From Bacteroidales bacterium (lineage in GTDB: Bacteria; Bacteroidota; Bacteroidia; Bacteroidales; FEN-979), in contig JANXZO010000075.1 of the NCBI GenBank assembly GCA_025355465.1, positions 51,564 to 115,563 of the forward strand: 64,000 bases of DNA, in the 5' to 3' direction. Of this stretch, positions 46,040-55,804 are shown in pieces. Every line of letters begins with the position of its first letter. Within the stretch, counting starts at the first letter, position 1. A program made the position numbers and the translations under genes. The notes under the pieces are model-generated. The model did no database searches. It was not told where the DNA came from and was given only the letters and a program-made list of their open reading frames with translations.

Positions 46040-47155
46040 ATGATAAACAATCCATTCAGTTACGGAAAGACGGTTGACGGGCCCTATTTTTATGGCCGGG
46101 AGCGGGAGATGGAGGAGATACGGATCTCGATGCAGAATGCCATCAACATAATCCTGTACGCCCCGAGGCGGATCGGGAAGTCTTCGCTGGTGATCAAGGT
46201 GCTGAAGGAGCTCGAGGCGGCTGGTCACCCGGTGGTATACATCGACCTCTTCAAAGTTTCATCGCGCGAAAAGTTCATTGAGCTCTATGCGCGCGAGGTG
46301 GTACGGGGAATGAAGAGCTGGGAGAAGGGGGTTCAGTTTATCAAGGGGGTAATCCGGGGTGTGGAGCCGGTGATGGGTCTCGATCATGCGGGGATGCCTG
46401 AACTGCGCCTCAACATCGATCCGCTGCAGAGCGCCCGGGCCTTCGAAGATATCCTCAACATACCGGGCCGGTCGAAAGGGGAGCGGTGCTGGGTGGTGGT
46501 GTTCGACGAGTTCCAGGAGATCGAAAAACTGGGCGGTGCCGATTTTGAAAAGGAGCTGCGGGCCAGCCTGCAGCATCACAAGAATGCGGCTTACCTGTTT
46601 CTCGGCAGCCAGCGGCACATGCTGCTCAACATGTTTTCGCGCAAAGAGCGGGCCTTTTATAATTTCGGGAAACTCTACCACCTCGACAAGCCACCCGTGA
46701 CCGATTCGGTGGCGTTCGTCGCCCGGCGCTTTGCCGCAGGGGGATACGAAATTGATATACAGATGGCGCAACAGATGGTGGAGCAGACGCACAACATCCC
46801 CTACTACCTGCAATACCTGGGGGCGGAGATATGGGAGAGCGCCCGCCTATCGGGAAAAAAGCCCGTGGAGGTTTACGCCGAAGCCCTCGACCGGCTGCTG
46901 ATCAACCAGGGCGACTACTTCCAGGGAATCCGGAGCCAGCTCACCCCGTTCTATGCAAAACTCCTCACCTCCGTGGCCATCCACGGAGCCGGGAGCTATG
47001 AATCGGAGTTCCTGCAGAAATTCCGCCTCTTCCCTGTCTCCAGCATGCAAAAAGCATATGCCCGCATGATCGACCTCGATATCCTCGAAAAGCGGGAGAA
47101 CCGGTTCTGCATCACCGACCCGTTTTTTGAGATGTGGATGAAACGTCAGAGCTAA
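46040..47155 (+). CDS. Archaeal-ATPase-like P-loop NTPase with C-terminal winged helix
   Basis: NPF.YG, FYGRE.E, APRRIGKSS, FDEFQ, GS..H, PYY.Q, DPFF..W. Confidence 0.88.
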   Translation: MINNPFSYGKTVDGPYFYGREREMEEIRISMQNAINIILYAPRRIGKSSLVIKVLKELEAAGHPVVYIDLFKVSSREKFIELYAREVVRGMKSWEKGVQFIKGVIRGVEPVMGLDHAGMPELRLNIDPLQSARAFEDILNIPGRSKGERCWVVVFDEFQEIEKLGGADFEKELRASLQHHKNAAYLFLGSQRHMLLNMFSRKERAFYNFGKLYHLDKPPVTDSVAFVARRFAAGGYEIDIQMAQQMVEQTHNIPYYLQYLGAEIWESARLSGKKPVEVYAEALDRLLINQGDYFQGIRSQLTPFYAKLLTSVAIHGAGSYESEFLQKFRLFPVSSMQKAYARMIDLDILEKRENRFCITDPFFEMWMKRQS

Positions 47156-47291
47156 TGTGGTAATGTGGTGATGTGGTAATGTGAGAATTTGAAGATTTGA
47201 GGATTTGAGAATTATTTCACCCTGTGACCCTGTGACCCTGTGACCCTGTGCCGATTTGTTCACTCGTTCACTTGGAAAGGGTAAAAGAAAA

Positions 47292-47323
47292 TTTGGAGAA
47301 TAGTAACTTTAAAGTTACCTTTG
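47292..47323 (+). promoter_or_regulatory. TA operon promoter with overlapping 16-bp perfect palindrome (operator)
   Basis: TTTG 47292-95, TACCTTTG 47316-23; GTAACTTTAAAGTTAC 47303-47318. Confidence 0.75.
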
Positions 47324-47341
47324 CATCTAATTGAATGATTT

Positions 47342-47683
47342 ATGGAGAGAATCCGCGAAATAGTTGCATACAAAAACTATTTTGAAGACTTCTTAAAGGC
47401 ACAACCCACTAAGGTTCAGAATAAGATCTTCAAAATATTAGAAGCAATTGAAACTTTAGAGAGAATTCCAACAAACTACCTAAAGCTCATCATCGGAACA
47501 GGCGGTCTTTACGAAGCAAGAATTCAATTAGGATCAGACATTTGGCGTGTTTTTTGTTTTTTCGACAAAGGAAAGTTAGTAATCCTTTTAAACGGATTTC
47601 AGAAAAAGACACAGAAAACCCCAAAAAACGAAATTGAGAAAGCAATCACTTTAATGAAAGAGTATTATGAAAACAGAAGCTAA
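47342..47683 (+). CDS. RelE/HigB-family toxin (Gp49/DUF891-like)
   Basis: GLYEARI, RVFCFF, LLNGFQKKTQKTP..EI..A; precedes HTH gene. Confidence 0.9.
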   Translation: MERIREIVAYKNYFEDFLKAQPTKVQNKIFKILEAIETLERIPTNYLKLIIGTGGLYEARIQLGSDIWRVFCFFDKGKLVILLNGFQKKTQKTPKNEIEKAITLMKEYYENRS

Positions 47684-47978
47684 GAAAACAGACATATCTA
47701 CCTGGGCTGAAATTAAAGACAAGGTATATGGAAAAGAAGGAACTGAAAGACGTGATAATCTTGACAGAGAGGTTGAATCATTTAGAATAGGCCTTTTGTT
47801 AAAAAAAGCAAGGGAATCCCGTAATTTGACTCAGGAAGAATTAGGACATTTGGTTGACAAGAAAAGAACATACATATCCCGGGTCGAAAACAATGGCAGT
47901 AATATTACGCTTAGCACTCTTTTTGAAATTGTTGAAAAAGGACTGGGCGGAAAGGTGAATATTTCTATAGAAGTTTAA
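47667..47978 (+). CDS. XRE-family HTH antitoxin (HigA-like)
   Basis: YG..GT..R, AR..RNLTQEEL...YISRVEN; overlaps toxin stop. Confidence 0.9.
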   Translation: MKTEAKKTDISTWAEIKDKVYGKEGTERRDNLDREVESFRIGLLLKKARESRNLTQEELGHLVDKKRTYISRVENNGSNITLSTLFEIVEKGLGGKVNISIEV

Positions 47979-48139
47979 TATTGAATGCAAGCAATGCAAT
48001 GAATGCATGAGCCTTCTTTTAGCATCTCCTTTTTTCTTTTTTTGCCCTCAGGCCGCGAGGCCATTTCTGTTCACTTGTTCACTCGTTTAAAACAAATTGT
48101 TTAACGCAAAATGTTTATTATCCTTGTTTAAATTAAGTT

Positions 48140-48844
48140 ATGAATCCTTTCATCATCAGGGGTTACAAGGGTAAGAAGTATTTCTGCGACCGGGAGAGTG
48201 AAACTGAGGCCATTGCAGGTGCCATCAAAAATGGCCGCGACATCACGCTGGTGTCGCTGCGCAAAATGGGGAAGACAGGCCTGCTCTTCCACCTTTTCGA
48301 AAAACTGCGTAAGGAGGGGGAGGTGGAGCCGGTCTACCTGGATATTTACCACACGGAGAACCTCAACGGATTGATCGATCAGATGGCCACGGCCCTCTTC
48401 CGGATAAAGAAGAGCTTTGGCGCGCGCATGCAGGAGTTCTTGCGGAACTTTCGCTATGTAAGGCCCTCCGTTACTGTGGATCCGCAAACCGGACTACCCT
48501 CCCTGTCGTTCCAGATAGCAGATGCCAGGGAGGCACGGGGTACGCTCGAGGACCTCTTTGAAATTCTGCAGGAGCGGGGGCGGATTAAGCCCGTGGTGAT
48601 CGCCATCGATGAGTTCCAGCAGATTGCAACCTATCCCGAGCAGCATGTCGAGGCCCTGCTGCGCGGACTGATCCAGTCGCTGAACAATACCCGGTTCATC
48701 TTCTCCGGAAGCAACAAGACACTCCTTACCCGGATGTTCGGCGATGCCGCCCGCCCGTTCTACCAAAGCACAGAGATGATCTGCCGCCGCGGAGAGGAGT
48801 ACTATGTGTACGATGTCTTCTTTTCGAGATGGATGGAGAAGTAG
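48140..48844 (+). pseudogene. Archaeal-ATPase-like NTPase, internally deleted
   Basis: NPF, FCDRE.E, SLRKMGKT, IDEFQ, PFYQS then jumps to terminal YDVFFSRW; ~140 aa shorter than paralog at 46040. Confidence 0.7.
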
Positions 48845-49018
48845 GTTTAAGGTAATGTGGGATGTGGGATGTGGGATATGGGATCTGAGATGTGAGATTC
48901 GAGTTCCGAGATTCGAGCTCCGAGTTTCCGGTGACTCGTTCACTCGTTCACTCGTTCACTTTGTAAAATTAATTATCAATTATCAATTATCAATAAGTTT
49001 GCTCCAAATCTCACACTT

Positions 49019-49075
49019 ATGTCTAAAGTTGCGTTGATCTCCGGGGTTACCGGACAGGATGGTAGTTACCTGGCT
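49019..49075 (+). pseudogene. gmd: 5' fragment of GDP-mannose 4,6-dehydratase
   Basis: Translates MSKVALISGVTGQDGSYLA (not in ORF track), then homology is lost. Confidence 0.8.
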
Positions 49076-50072
49076 TATCAGGTTGGTGGAAAGCAAGCCT
49101 CGCCTAAAGAAGTTATACCTTCAGCAGCATAATCCTGAATATACAAGTGTTTACCTGTCGTATTCGGGAAACGGGAATATTAAGCCTGTATCGCCAAGGA
49201 GAGAACGGAAGCGGGAGAGCCTGGTATTAAAGCCCGAAGCAATCGGAAGGTTCGAGGAGTTTCTCACAAAAGCTGCAACCACCGGTCCTGGTTTTCGATA
49301 TTACCCCGATGCACTGGATTATATATTGAAGCTGAGAGATTATTTGAGACGCATTGACCTGATTGCAACCAACTACCTGCCTTCGGTAAAAGGCAACAAG
49401 CTTGATACACTGACGAATGCAGCCGGCACGACACAAAGATTGAGGAGTTCATGAACATCATCAACGAAATCGTCAGTGAAGGGGATGAGAAGATCGTGAT
49501 CTTCAGCCAGTGGGGTCGGTCTTAACCTTCAGGCCGGATCGGTGATTATCAATCTCGATGTGCCCTGGAATCCGGCCGTACTGGAGCAGCGCATCGGCAG
49601 GGTTCACCGTCTTGGGCAAAAGCGCAACGTTAGTGTGATCAACATGGTCTCGGCCGGGACCATTGAACATCGTATGCTCGACGTCCTGAAATTAAAATCC
49701 TCAATGGCTGCGGGCATTCTCGACGGGGGAGAAGATGCCATTTTCATGGGTGAAAGCCGGTTTAAAAAATTCATGTCCACGGTGGGTGAACTGATGAACA
49801 GGGAGGCTGGAGCGGTGAACAGAGCGCCGGAGGTGGTAACTCGTGATCAGGAAGTCCTCACTCCTGAACCGGAGAAATTACTGCATACGCCTGGAGTCCC
49901 GGATGGTTTGGCGGCAGCCGGGGAGCTGGTTGCAAAAGGAATGGACTTTTTATCGACGCTTGCGGCCGCATTGTCGCATCCCGATTCGGTAAAGCAGCTG
50001 ACCGAATCGCTCGTTGCGGAGGATCCCGCCAGCGGGAAGAGCTATTTAAGAATCCCCGTCGTAAAACCCTAA
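49076..50072 (+). pseudogene. SNF2-family helicase remnant
   Basis: K..EF..I.....EKIVIFSQW near 49435-49512, G.GLNLQ, DVPWNPAVLEQRIGRVHRLGQ; Walker A/DEAD part absent. Confidence 0.8.
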
Positions 50073-50084
50073 GGCATTTAAAAA
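50054..50084. repeat. Right end of the ~230-nt structured repeat
   Basis: CCCCGTCGTAAAACCCTAA identical to 55678-55696, continuing as GGCATTTAAAAA. Confidence 0.75.
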
Positions 50085-50221
50085 GGAAATAGCGAAATAG
50101 CGAGATAGCGAGATAGCGAAATTATTTGTGCATCTGTGCATTCGTGCATTGATTTTAAAGGCATTCTTGCATTGGTCGCCTGTGACTTTGTACGTTCGTA
50201 GAAATCGTTTACCTTCGCTCG

Positions 50222-50629
50222 ATGGAAAAGCTGGAGAAATTCGACAGGCTGTCGATTGCGATTCTTACTGAGGAGATCGACAAGGCCTTGGAGGAGATCA
50301 GAATTAAGTATGGTCTTGAGGAGTTGGTAGTTGATTTGGTTAAGTCGAATAACATTACGATGACTGCAAAATTAACCGGAAGGGTTTCCGGTGTTCATGC
50401 GAAGAATTTTGAGCACAACATGGCATTGCTGTTTGCTGATTACAACGGACTGCCTGCTGATCTGCTGAACCAGGAGTTTATCAGCAACGGCAAGGGGTTT
50501 ACTGTTATCAGGATTGAACCGCGAAATCCCAGATATCCAATTCTGGCGAGGGGGCTTCTGGATAATCTGGTATATAAATTTTCAGTAATCCAGGTCAAAG
50601 AGGCGTTGGAGAGGAAGAAAAGGGTTTAA
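50222..50629 (+). CDS. Hypothetical protein
   Basis: 135-aa ORF with ATG; no recognised motif. Confidence 0.55.
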   Translation: MEKLEKFDRLSIAILTEEIDKALEEIRIKYGLEELVVDLVKSNNITMTAKLTGRVSGVHAKNFEHNMALLFADYNGLPADLLNQEFISNGKGFTVIRIEPRNPRYPILARGLLDNLVYKFSVIQVKEALERKKRV

Positions 50630-50730
50630 ATGGATGTTTGCTGTAGCCCAATGAACCTGGAAAATCCTGATACCAGATCTTTATACTTTGCACACTTCTA
50701 TTGACGGTAAGTAAGAAAATCTGAAAATCC

Positions 50731-52419
50731 ATGAAAAAGCTATATCTCCTTATTATCATTTTATTTATTGCCGGATCCGTCTACTCCCAGATCGTCTACG
50801 AGGACATCAACAACACTGCTATTTATGAATTCCTGGATGAGTTAGCTAATAACCGGATTATCGAGTTGAATTCGGTCGTGAAACCCTACTCCAGAGCCTA
50901 TATTGCCGCGAAGTTGAGGGAGGCGGAGTTAATAGTTAAGAGTGAAGAGTTAAGAGTTAAGAGTGAGGAGTTAAGAGTTAGGGTGAGCAGGAGGTTGGTG
51001 GAGGAGTTGGAGTTTTATCTGCAGGATTATCAGTTGGAGGGGAAAACAATTCCGGTTACGTATGAGCATAAGGTGGGGTTTATTGCGAAGAATAATCCGA
51101 ATATGAAGGTGGCGTTGAATCCGTTGGCTTTTAATTACAAGGATTCGTTGTTTACCTTTTCGATACGGCCGATATTGGGGGTGCAGTGGATGACGAATGA
51201 GAACGGCGCTGAGTATCACCGCTGGTGGGGTGGGAGTATGTTTGGATACATTGGCAAGAACTTTGGGTTTTATGCCAATATCAGGGACAATGAGGAGAGT
51301 ACGCCTCTGGCTAAGCCGGTTTATTTTACCGAGGCGCAGGGACAGGTTTATAAAAACATGGAAAAGGGTGCTGTGAACTACAGCGAGATGCGGGGGGGGA
51401 TTGTTGCTTCAGTAAGCTGGGGGTCGATCGGGATCATGAACGACCGGGTGGTGTGGGGCGACAACTACCATGGGGCAAATATTCTCTCCGGCAAGGCGCC
51501 GGCCTTTCCCTATCTGCAACTGCACCTGAACCCGGTGAAGTGGTTTGACTTTAACTACATGCATGGATGGCTTAACTCTAATATCATCGACAGCAGCCGT
51601 TCCTATTATATCGATGGGGTTTACCGGCAAACGCTCCGAAATAAATACATTGCTGCGAATATGTTCACCTTTATCCCCTGGCGGGGATTGAATCTCTCGT
51701 TCGGGAATTCGATCATCTACAGTGATATTAATATTAATCCGCTCTATTTTATCCCATTCCTGTTTTACAATGCCGTAGATGCAAGCCGGACAAATTATGC
51801 AGATTATGCAGGTTCCAACTCGCAACTATTCTTCAATATCAGCAGCCGGCAGATCAGGTACCTGCATCTGTTTGTTTCGCTCTATATTGATGAGTGGAAG
51901 ACTTCACGGGTTACTGATCCAAAAAAGAACAACTTTACCAGCCTCAAGGCAGGGTTCAGGTTAAGTGATTTTCCGGTAAAAAACCTGTCGCTTACTGCTG
52001 AGTACACCCGCACCATGCCCATGACCTACGACCATTACATCGCCACCACCACCTTTGCCTCCAACGACTACGTGCTGGGGAATTACATGCGGGAGAATTC
52101 GCAGGAGATCTATGTTGCCCTCGCATGGAGGCCAATCCGGGGACTTTTGATCAACACCTCCTATACACTGGCACAACATGGAGCTGATGTGAAATATCGT
52201 AACAATGCCGGCTACGCCGTGGATGGTGTGCCCTTCCTGAAAAACAAAACCTGGCAGAACAGCGCTTTCGAGCTCTCAGCCAGGTATGAGTTTGTGAGTA
52301 ACGGGTATTTCTTTGTTCAGTATCTAAACGGGGAACAACAAGGGGATGTTAAATACCTGCCGGTATTTATGCATGGCAGGACGAGTACGTTACTCTGTGG
52401 AGTGAACGTAGGGATTTAA
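50731..52419 (+). CDS. Outer-membrane protein, capsule assembly Wzi-like
   Basis: Signal peptide; IYEFLDELA...KPYSR..IA; WG.NY.GANILSGKAP.FP; YF.PF; C-terminal strand; next to polysaccharide genes. Confidence 0.65.
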   Translation: MKKLYLLIIILFIAGSVYSQIVYEDINNTAIYEFLDELANNRIIELNSVVKPYSRAYIAAKLREAELIVKSEELRVKSEELRVRVSRRLVEELEFYLQDYQLEGKTIPVTYEHKVGFIAKNNPNMKVALNPLAFNYKDSLFTFSIRPILGVQWMTNENGAEYHRWWGGSMFGYIGKNFGFYANIRDNEESTPLAKPVYFTEAQGQVYKNMEKGAVNYSEMRGGIVASVSWGSIGIMNDRVVWGDNYHGANILSGKAPAFPYLQLHLNPVKWFDFNYMHGWLNSNIIDSSRSYYIDGVYRQTLRNKYIAANMFTFIPWRGLNLSFGNSIIYSDININPLYFIPFLFYNAVDASRTNYADYAGSNSQLFFNISSRQIRYLHLFVSLYIDEWKTSRVTDPKKNNFTSLKAGFRLSDFPVKNLSLTAEYTRTMPMTYDHYIATTTFASNDYVLGNYMRENSQEIYVALAWRPIRGLLINTSYTLAQHGADVKYRNNAGYAVDGVPFLKNKTWQNSAFELSARYEFVSNGYFFVQYLNGEQQGDVKYLPVFMHGRTSTLLCGVNVGI

Positions 52420-52445
52420 TCAAACTCTTAATTCTTAATTCTTTT

Positions 52446-52687
52446 GCTCTCAGGCCAGGCGGGATTTGTACTTTTCTTTTGCTTGTCCAAAAGAAAACTA
52501 CGAAAAGAAAAAGACAGCCTGGGCTTTGTAACGACCCACATTCAGCTCAATTCCGAAGCCAGGCAAGCCGTTCGGCTGTAATCGTGTTTCTTCTAATCAG
52601 TTCTTTTCGAGCCTCACTTCGGGCCTGGCTTCTTTCGGAATTTTCGCTGTGTGGGTCCCCGTTATAAAGCCCTAAGGCACTTGAAAA
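52446..52687. repeat. ~230-nt structured repeat, copy A (putative ncRNA or MITE)
   Basis: Homologous to 55466-55696; small TTTCTTTTG/CAAAAGAAA hairpin plus long nested stem. Confidence 0.8.
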
Positions 52688-52857
52688 CAATGCACGAATG
52701 TACAAATGCACGTATATGTGGTGTGACCGTCATCAAGACTTACGAAGTAAGTTGCAGATGAAGAGTAACGCCGGGTTTTAACCCGGTGACAGGTGCGGCG
52801 CCAGCCGCCCTGGGTGGGAGGGTGGGGCTTGTGCTTCTCAATTCACAAGTACAAATC

Positions 52858-52972
52858 TAAAATGGCAAAATGCAAAATGGCAAAATCGTAAACTCCTCAC
52901 TCTTAACTCTTAACTTTTAACTCCTCACTCTTAACTGTTAATTCCTAATTCTTAATTCCTAATTCCTAATTG
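52858..52972. repeat. Patchwork 7-bp tandem repeats (CTTAACT/CCTCACT, CCTAATT) plus CAAAATG(G)
   Basis: Directly visible. Confidence 0.85.
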
Positions 52973-52976
52973 ACTT

Positions 52977-54101
52977 TTACCCCGCTCTCTTCTTCATCGA
53001 CTTAATGACCGTCCAGGGGAGGGTGTGGCTCTTCTTTTGGTTGAAATAGATGGGGATATAGGTGAGGATGAGTCCTGATCCTACCAGGATGGTTGTGCCC
53101 AGGTATAGGTTCAGGTGTTGCATCTCAAAGGAGAGGATGATATAGCAGATGCTTACCAGGAAAAGGATGGCTGTGACCTGTTTGTGGCTGAAGCCGAGAC
53201 TGAGGAGTTGATGATGGATATGGGTTTTGTCGGGGTAAAAGGGGGATTTTCCCTGAAGGATCCGGGTGAGCATCACGCGGCAGGTGTCGAAGATGGGGAT
53301 GATGAGGATACCGAAGGAGACCACCGGGGAGGCTTCGATGTGCCAGGGCAGATTGGCTGAGAGGTTTAGCCCGTTGAAGCGGATCACCATCACCGACATC
53401 ATGAAGCCGAGAAAGAGGGAGCCGGTGTCGCCCATGAAGATCTTGTTCTTCTTCGACCAGAGGTTGAAGCGCAGGAAGGCGAGGAGGGCGCCGATGTTGG
53501 CGCCGCAGATCAGCGCATAACCGGGTTGGTTGTTGATGTAAAACCAGGCGCCGAAGGTGGCAAAGGCGGTGAGGGCCATGGTGCCTGCCAGGCCGTCGAC
53601 CCCATCGATGAGGTTGAAAGCGTTGGTGATGCCCAGGATGAGGAAGAGGGTGAAGAAGATGCTGAGGGGGTAGCTGATCCCGTTTACGCCGAAATAGCCG
53701 TGAAAGCTGGTGAAGCGGATGTCGGCCAGCAGGATGAGGATGAGGGCGGCGATGATCTCGGCGATGAACTTCTTGTAGAAGGAGATGCCCAGGATATCGT
53801 CTTTGATGCCGATGAAGAAGATGATCACGCTGCCGGCAATGAGATACTGGTACTCGGGGAATTCGAAGATCCTCAACAGGAGCGAAGTCGCTACAATGAC
53901 GCTGAGAAAGATGGAGATGCCGGCCAGCCGGGGGGTGGGGAGGGCGTGGGCGGCGCGGAGGTTGGGCTGGTCGTATATCTTACTGTTGTGGGCGATCCTT
54001 ACCAGTATGGGTATGGAGTAGTAACAGAGCAGCAGCGCTACGGCCAGTGCCAGCAGGATCAGTTGATCGTCGGTAAAGATTTTGTGTAAAAGGTCGCCCA
54101 T
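52977..54101 (-). CDS. MraY/WecA family (GT4) polyprenyl-phosphate HexNAc-1-P transferase
   Basis: P..RAAH..PTP..AG, GIKDD, NAFNLIDGVDGL, IFMGDTGS, PD.THIHH. Confidence 0.93.
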   Translation of the reverse strand: MGDLLHKIFTDDQLILLALAVALLLCYYSIPILVRIAHNSKIYDQPNLRAAHALPTPRLAGISIFLSVIVATSLLLRIFEFPEYQYLIAGSVIIFFIGIKDDILGISFYKKFIAEIIAALILILLADIRFTSFHGYFGVNGISYPLSIFFTLFLILGITNAFNLIDGVDGLAGTMALTAFATFGAWFYINNQPGYALICGANIGALLAFLRFNLWSKKNKIFMGDTGSLFLGFMMSVMVIRFNGLNLSANLPWHIEASPVVSFGILIIPIFDTCRVMLTRILQGKSPFYPDKTHIHHQLLSLGFSHKQVTAILFLVSICYIILSFEMQHLNLYLGTTILVGSGLILTYIPIYFNQKKSHTLPWTVIKSMKKRAG

Positions 54102-54332
54102 CGTTAAAATCAGAGAACAAATAAAGGAAAAAGGTTGCTTTGACCGGCTGCAAAGCTAAGAAATTATTTCCAGATACTGTTTCGATGCTAACATCATGAT
54201 AGGTTATAAATAGGTACAAAAATAAAATAATTCACTATTTTTACCTTTTCCTTGCGTTTTTGTTATAGTAATATTATATTTGCCACCAATAATAATAATT
54301 GTCCCTGAACATTACTTGAACAGCTGCCTTTG

Positions 54333-55448
54333 ATGGATCTGAACCTGCTCCTAAAAATCATTCTCTCACTGGGTGTAGCCTTTGCGATAACGGCCATGCT
54401 TGTGCCTGTGGTGGTGAGTATTGTGAAGGAGAAGGGGGTGGTTGCCCACGAGAATGGCCGCACCTCTCACACCGGCACGATCCCCACCATGGGTGGGATT
54501 GCCATCTTTGCCGGCTTCCTGATCTCGGTTCTGGTATTCTCGGGTTCCGGGTTCCGCGACGACTTCCGCTATGTGATTGCCGGGGCGGTATTTATGCTGA
54601 TGGTGGGAATGAAGGACGATATCCAGGGAATTACCCCATGGATGAAGTTTGCAGGACAGATTATTGCAGCCTTGATCATCATTATACCGGGAGATATCCG
54701 GTTTACAAGCCTGCAGGGGTTCCTGGGGATTGAGGAGATCAGTTATTTCTGGAGTGTGGTGATCTCTTTGGTTACCATTGTCGGGTTGACCAACTGTTTT
54801 AACCTGATCGATGGCATTGATGGACTTGCCTCCGGAATAGGCACCCTGGTATCAGTTACCTTAGGGATTTGGTTTGGATTGGCAGGTCAATTTGGGTTGA
54901 TGTTTATTTGCCTGGCCCTTGTTGGATCGCTGATTGCTTTTTCAATCTACAACATCTGGGGGAAGGAGAACAAAATATTTATGGGGGATACCGGTTCGCT
55001 TGTGCTGGGCTTTATCCTCGCAGCCCTGGTTATCGAATTCAATGAATTAAACGTGGGGGTGCAGACTTCGGTGGATCTCATCTCGGCTCCCGCCATCAGC
55101 GTAGGGATCCTGATCGTGCCGGTTTTCGACACGCTGCGGGTCTTTATGCTGAGGATGTACCGGCTGAAACATCCCTTCAGCCCCGACAAAACCCATGCAC
55201 ACCACAACCTCATCTCCCTCGGGGCTTCTCACCCGCGGGCAACACTATCCCTTATTTTCCTGAACTTCCTGTTCATCGGTATCTCCTTCCTCCTCAACGG
55301 ACTGGGAAACACCTTCGTGCTCCTGATCGTGATGCTGCTTGCGCTGGTGGCCTTCTACCTGCCGGTATTTGTATTGCGGTTTAAGAACAGCGAGGGGAAC
55401 TCTTTTCGCAACTGGGTTGCGAAGGTTTCAATGAATCTTTTTGTTTAA
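54333..55448 (+). CDS. MraY/WecA family (GT4) transferase
   Basis: RTSH...PTMGG, GMKDD, NCFNLIDGIDGL, IFMGDTGS, PDKTHAHH; TATATTTG -7 box upstream. Confidence 0.93.
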   Translation: MDLNLLLKIILSLGVAFAITAMLVPVVVSIVKEKGVVAHENGRTSHTGTIPTMGGIAIFAGFLISVLVFSGSGFRDDFRYVIAGAVFMLMVGMKDDIQGITPWMKFAGQIIAALIIIIPGDIRFTSLQGFLGIEEISYFWSVVISLVTIVGLTNCFNLIDGIDGLASGIGTLVSVTLGIWFGLAGQFGLMFICLALVGSLIAFSIYNIWGKENKIFMGDTGSLVLGFILAALVIEFNELNVGVQTSVDLISAPAISVGILIVPVFDTLRVFMLRMYRLKHPFSPDKTHAHHNLISLGASHPRATLSLIFLNFLFIGISFLLNGLGNTFVLLIVMLLALVAFYLPVFVLRFKNSEGNSFRNWVAKVSMNLFV

Positions 55449-55465
55449 TTGATCCCTTTTCACTA

Positions 55466-55696
55466 GCCCTCAAGCCGGGCGGGCCGTATCTTGTTCATTT
55501 CTTTGATCGCCCAAAGAAACGAGCGCTAGAAATGCGGACTGGGTTTTTCGACGACCCACCATCGACTCGATTCCTAAGCCAGTCTAGCCGTTCGGCTATA
55601 ATCATATGGTTTCTTATCAACCTTAACCCAGCCTCACTTCTCCGCCTGGCTTTTGCGGAATCTTCGCCGGGTGGGTACCCCGTCGTAAAACCCTAA
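55466..55696. repeat. ~230-nt structured repeat, copy B (putative ncRNA or MITE)
   Basis: Homologous to 52446-52687 with compensatory substitutions in paired segments. Confidence 0.8.
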
Positions 55697-55804
55697 CCCG
55701 ACTTGCATCCCCAGCTTCGGAATTTAGCCTGTGCCGGGTGGTTCAGTTTTTCGATCCACCTTTTCGGGTAACACAGATTTTTTAACAAACGGGTAGTTTT
55801 TGTA

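Noticed and set aside
52765..52790. Palindrome CCGGGTTTTAACCCGG as an IS200/IS605 or REP end
   Set aside because: Single copy and no transposase in the window
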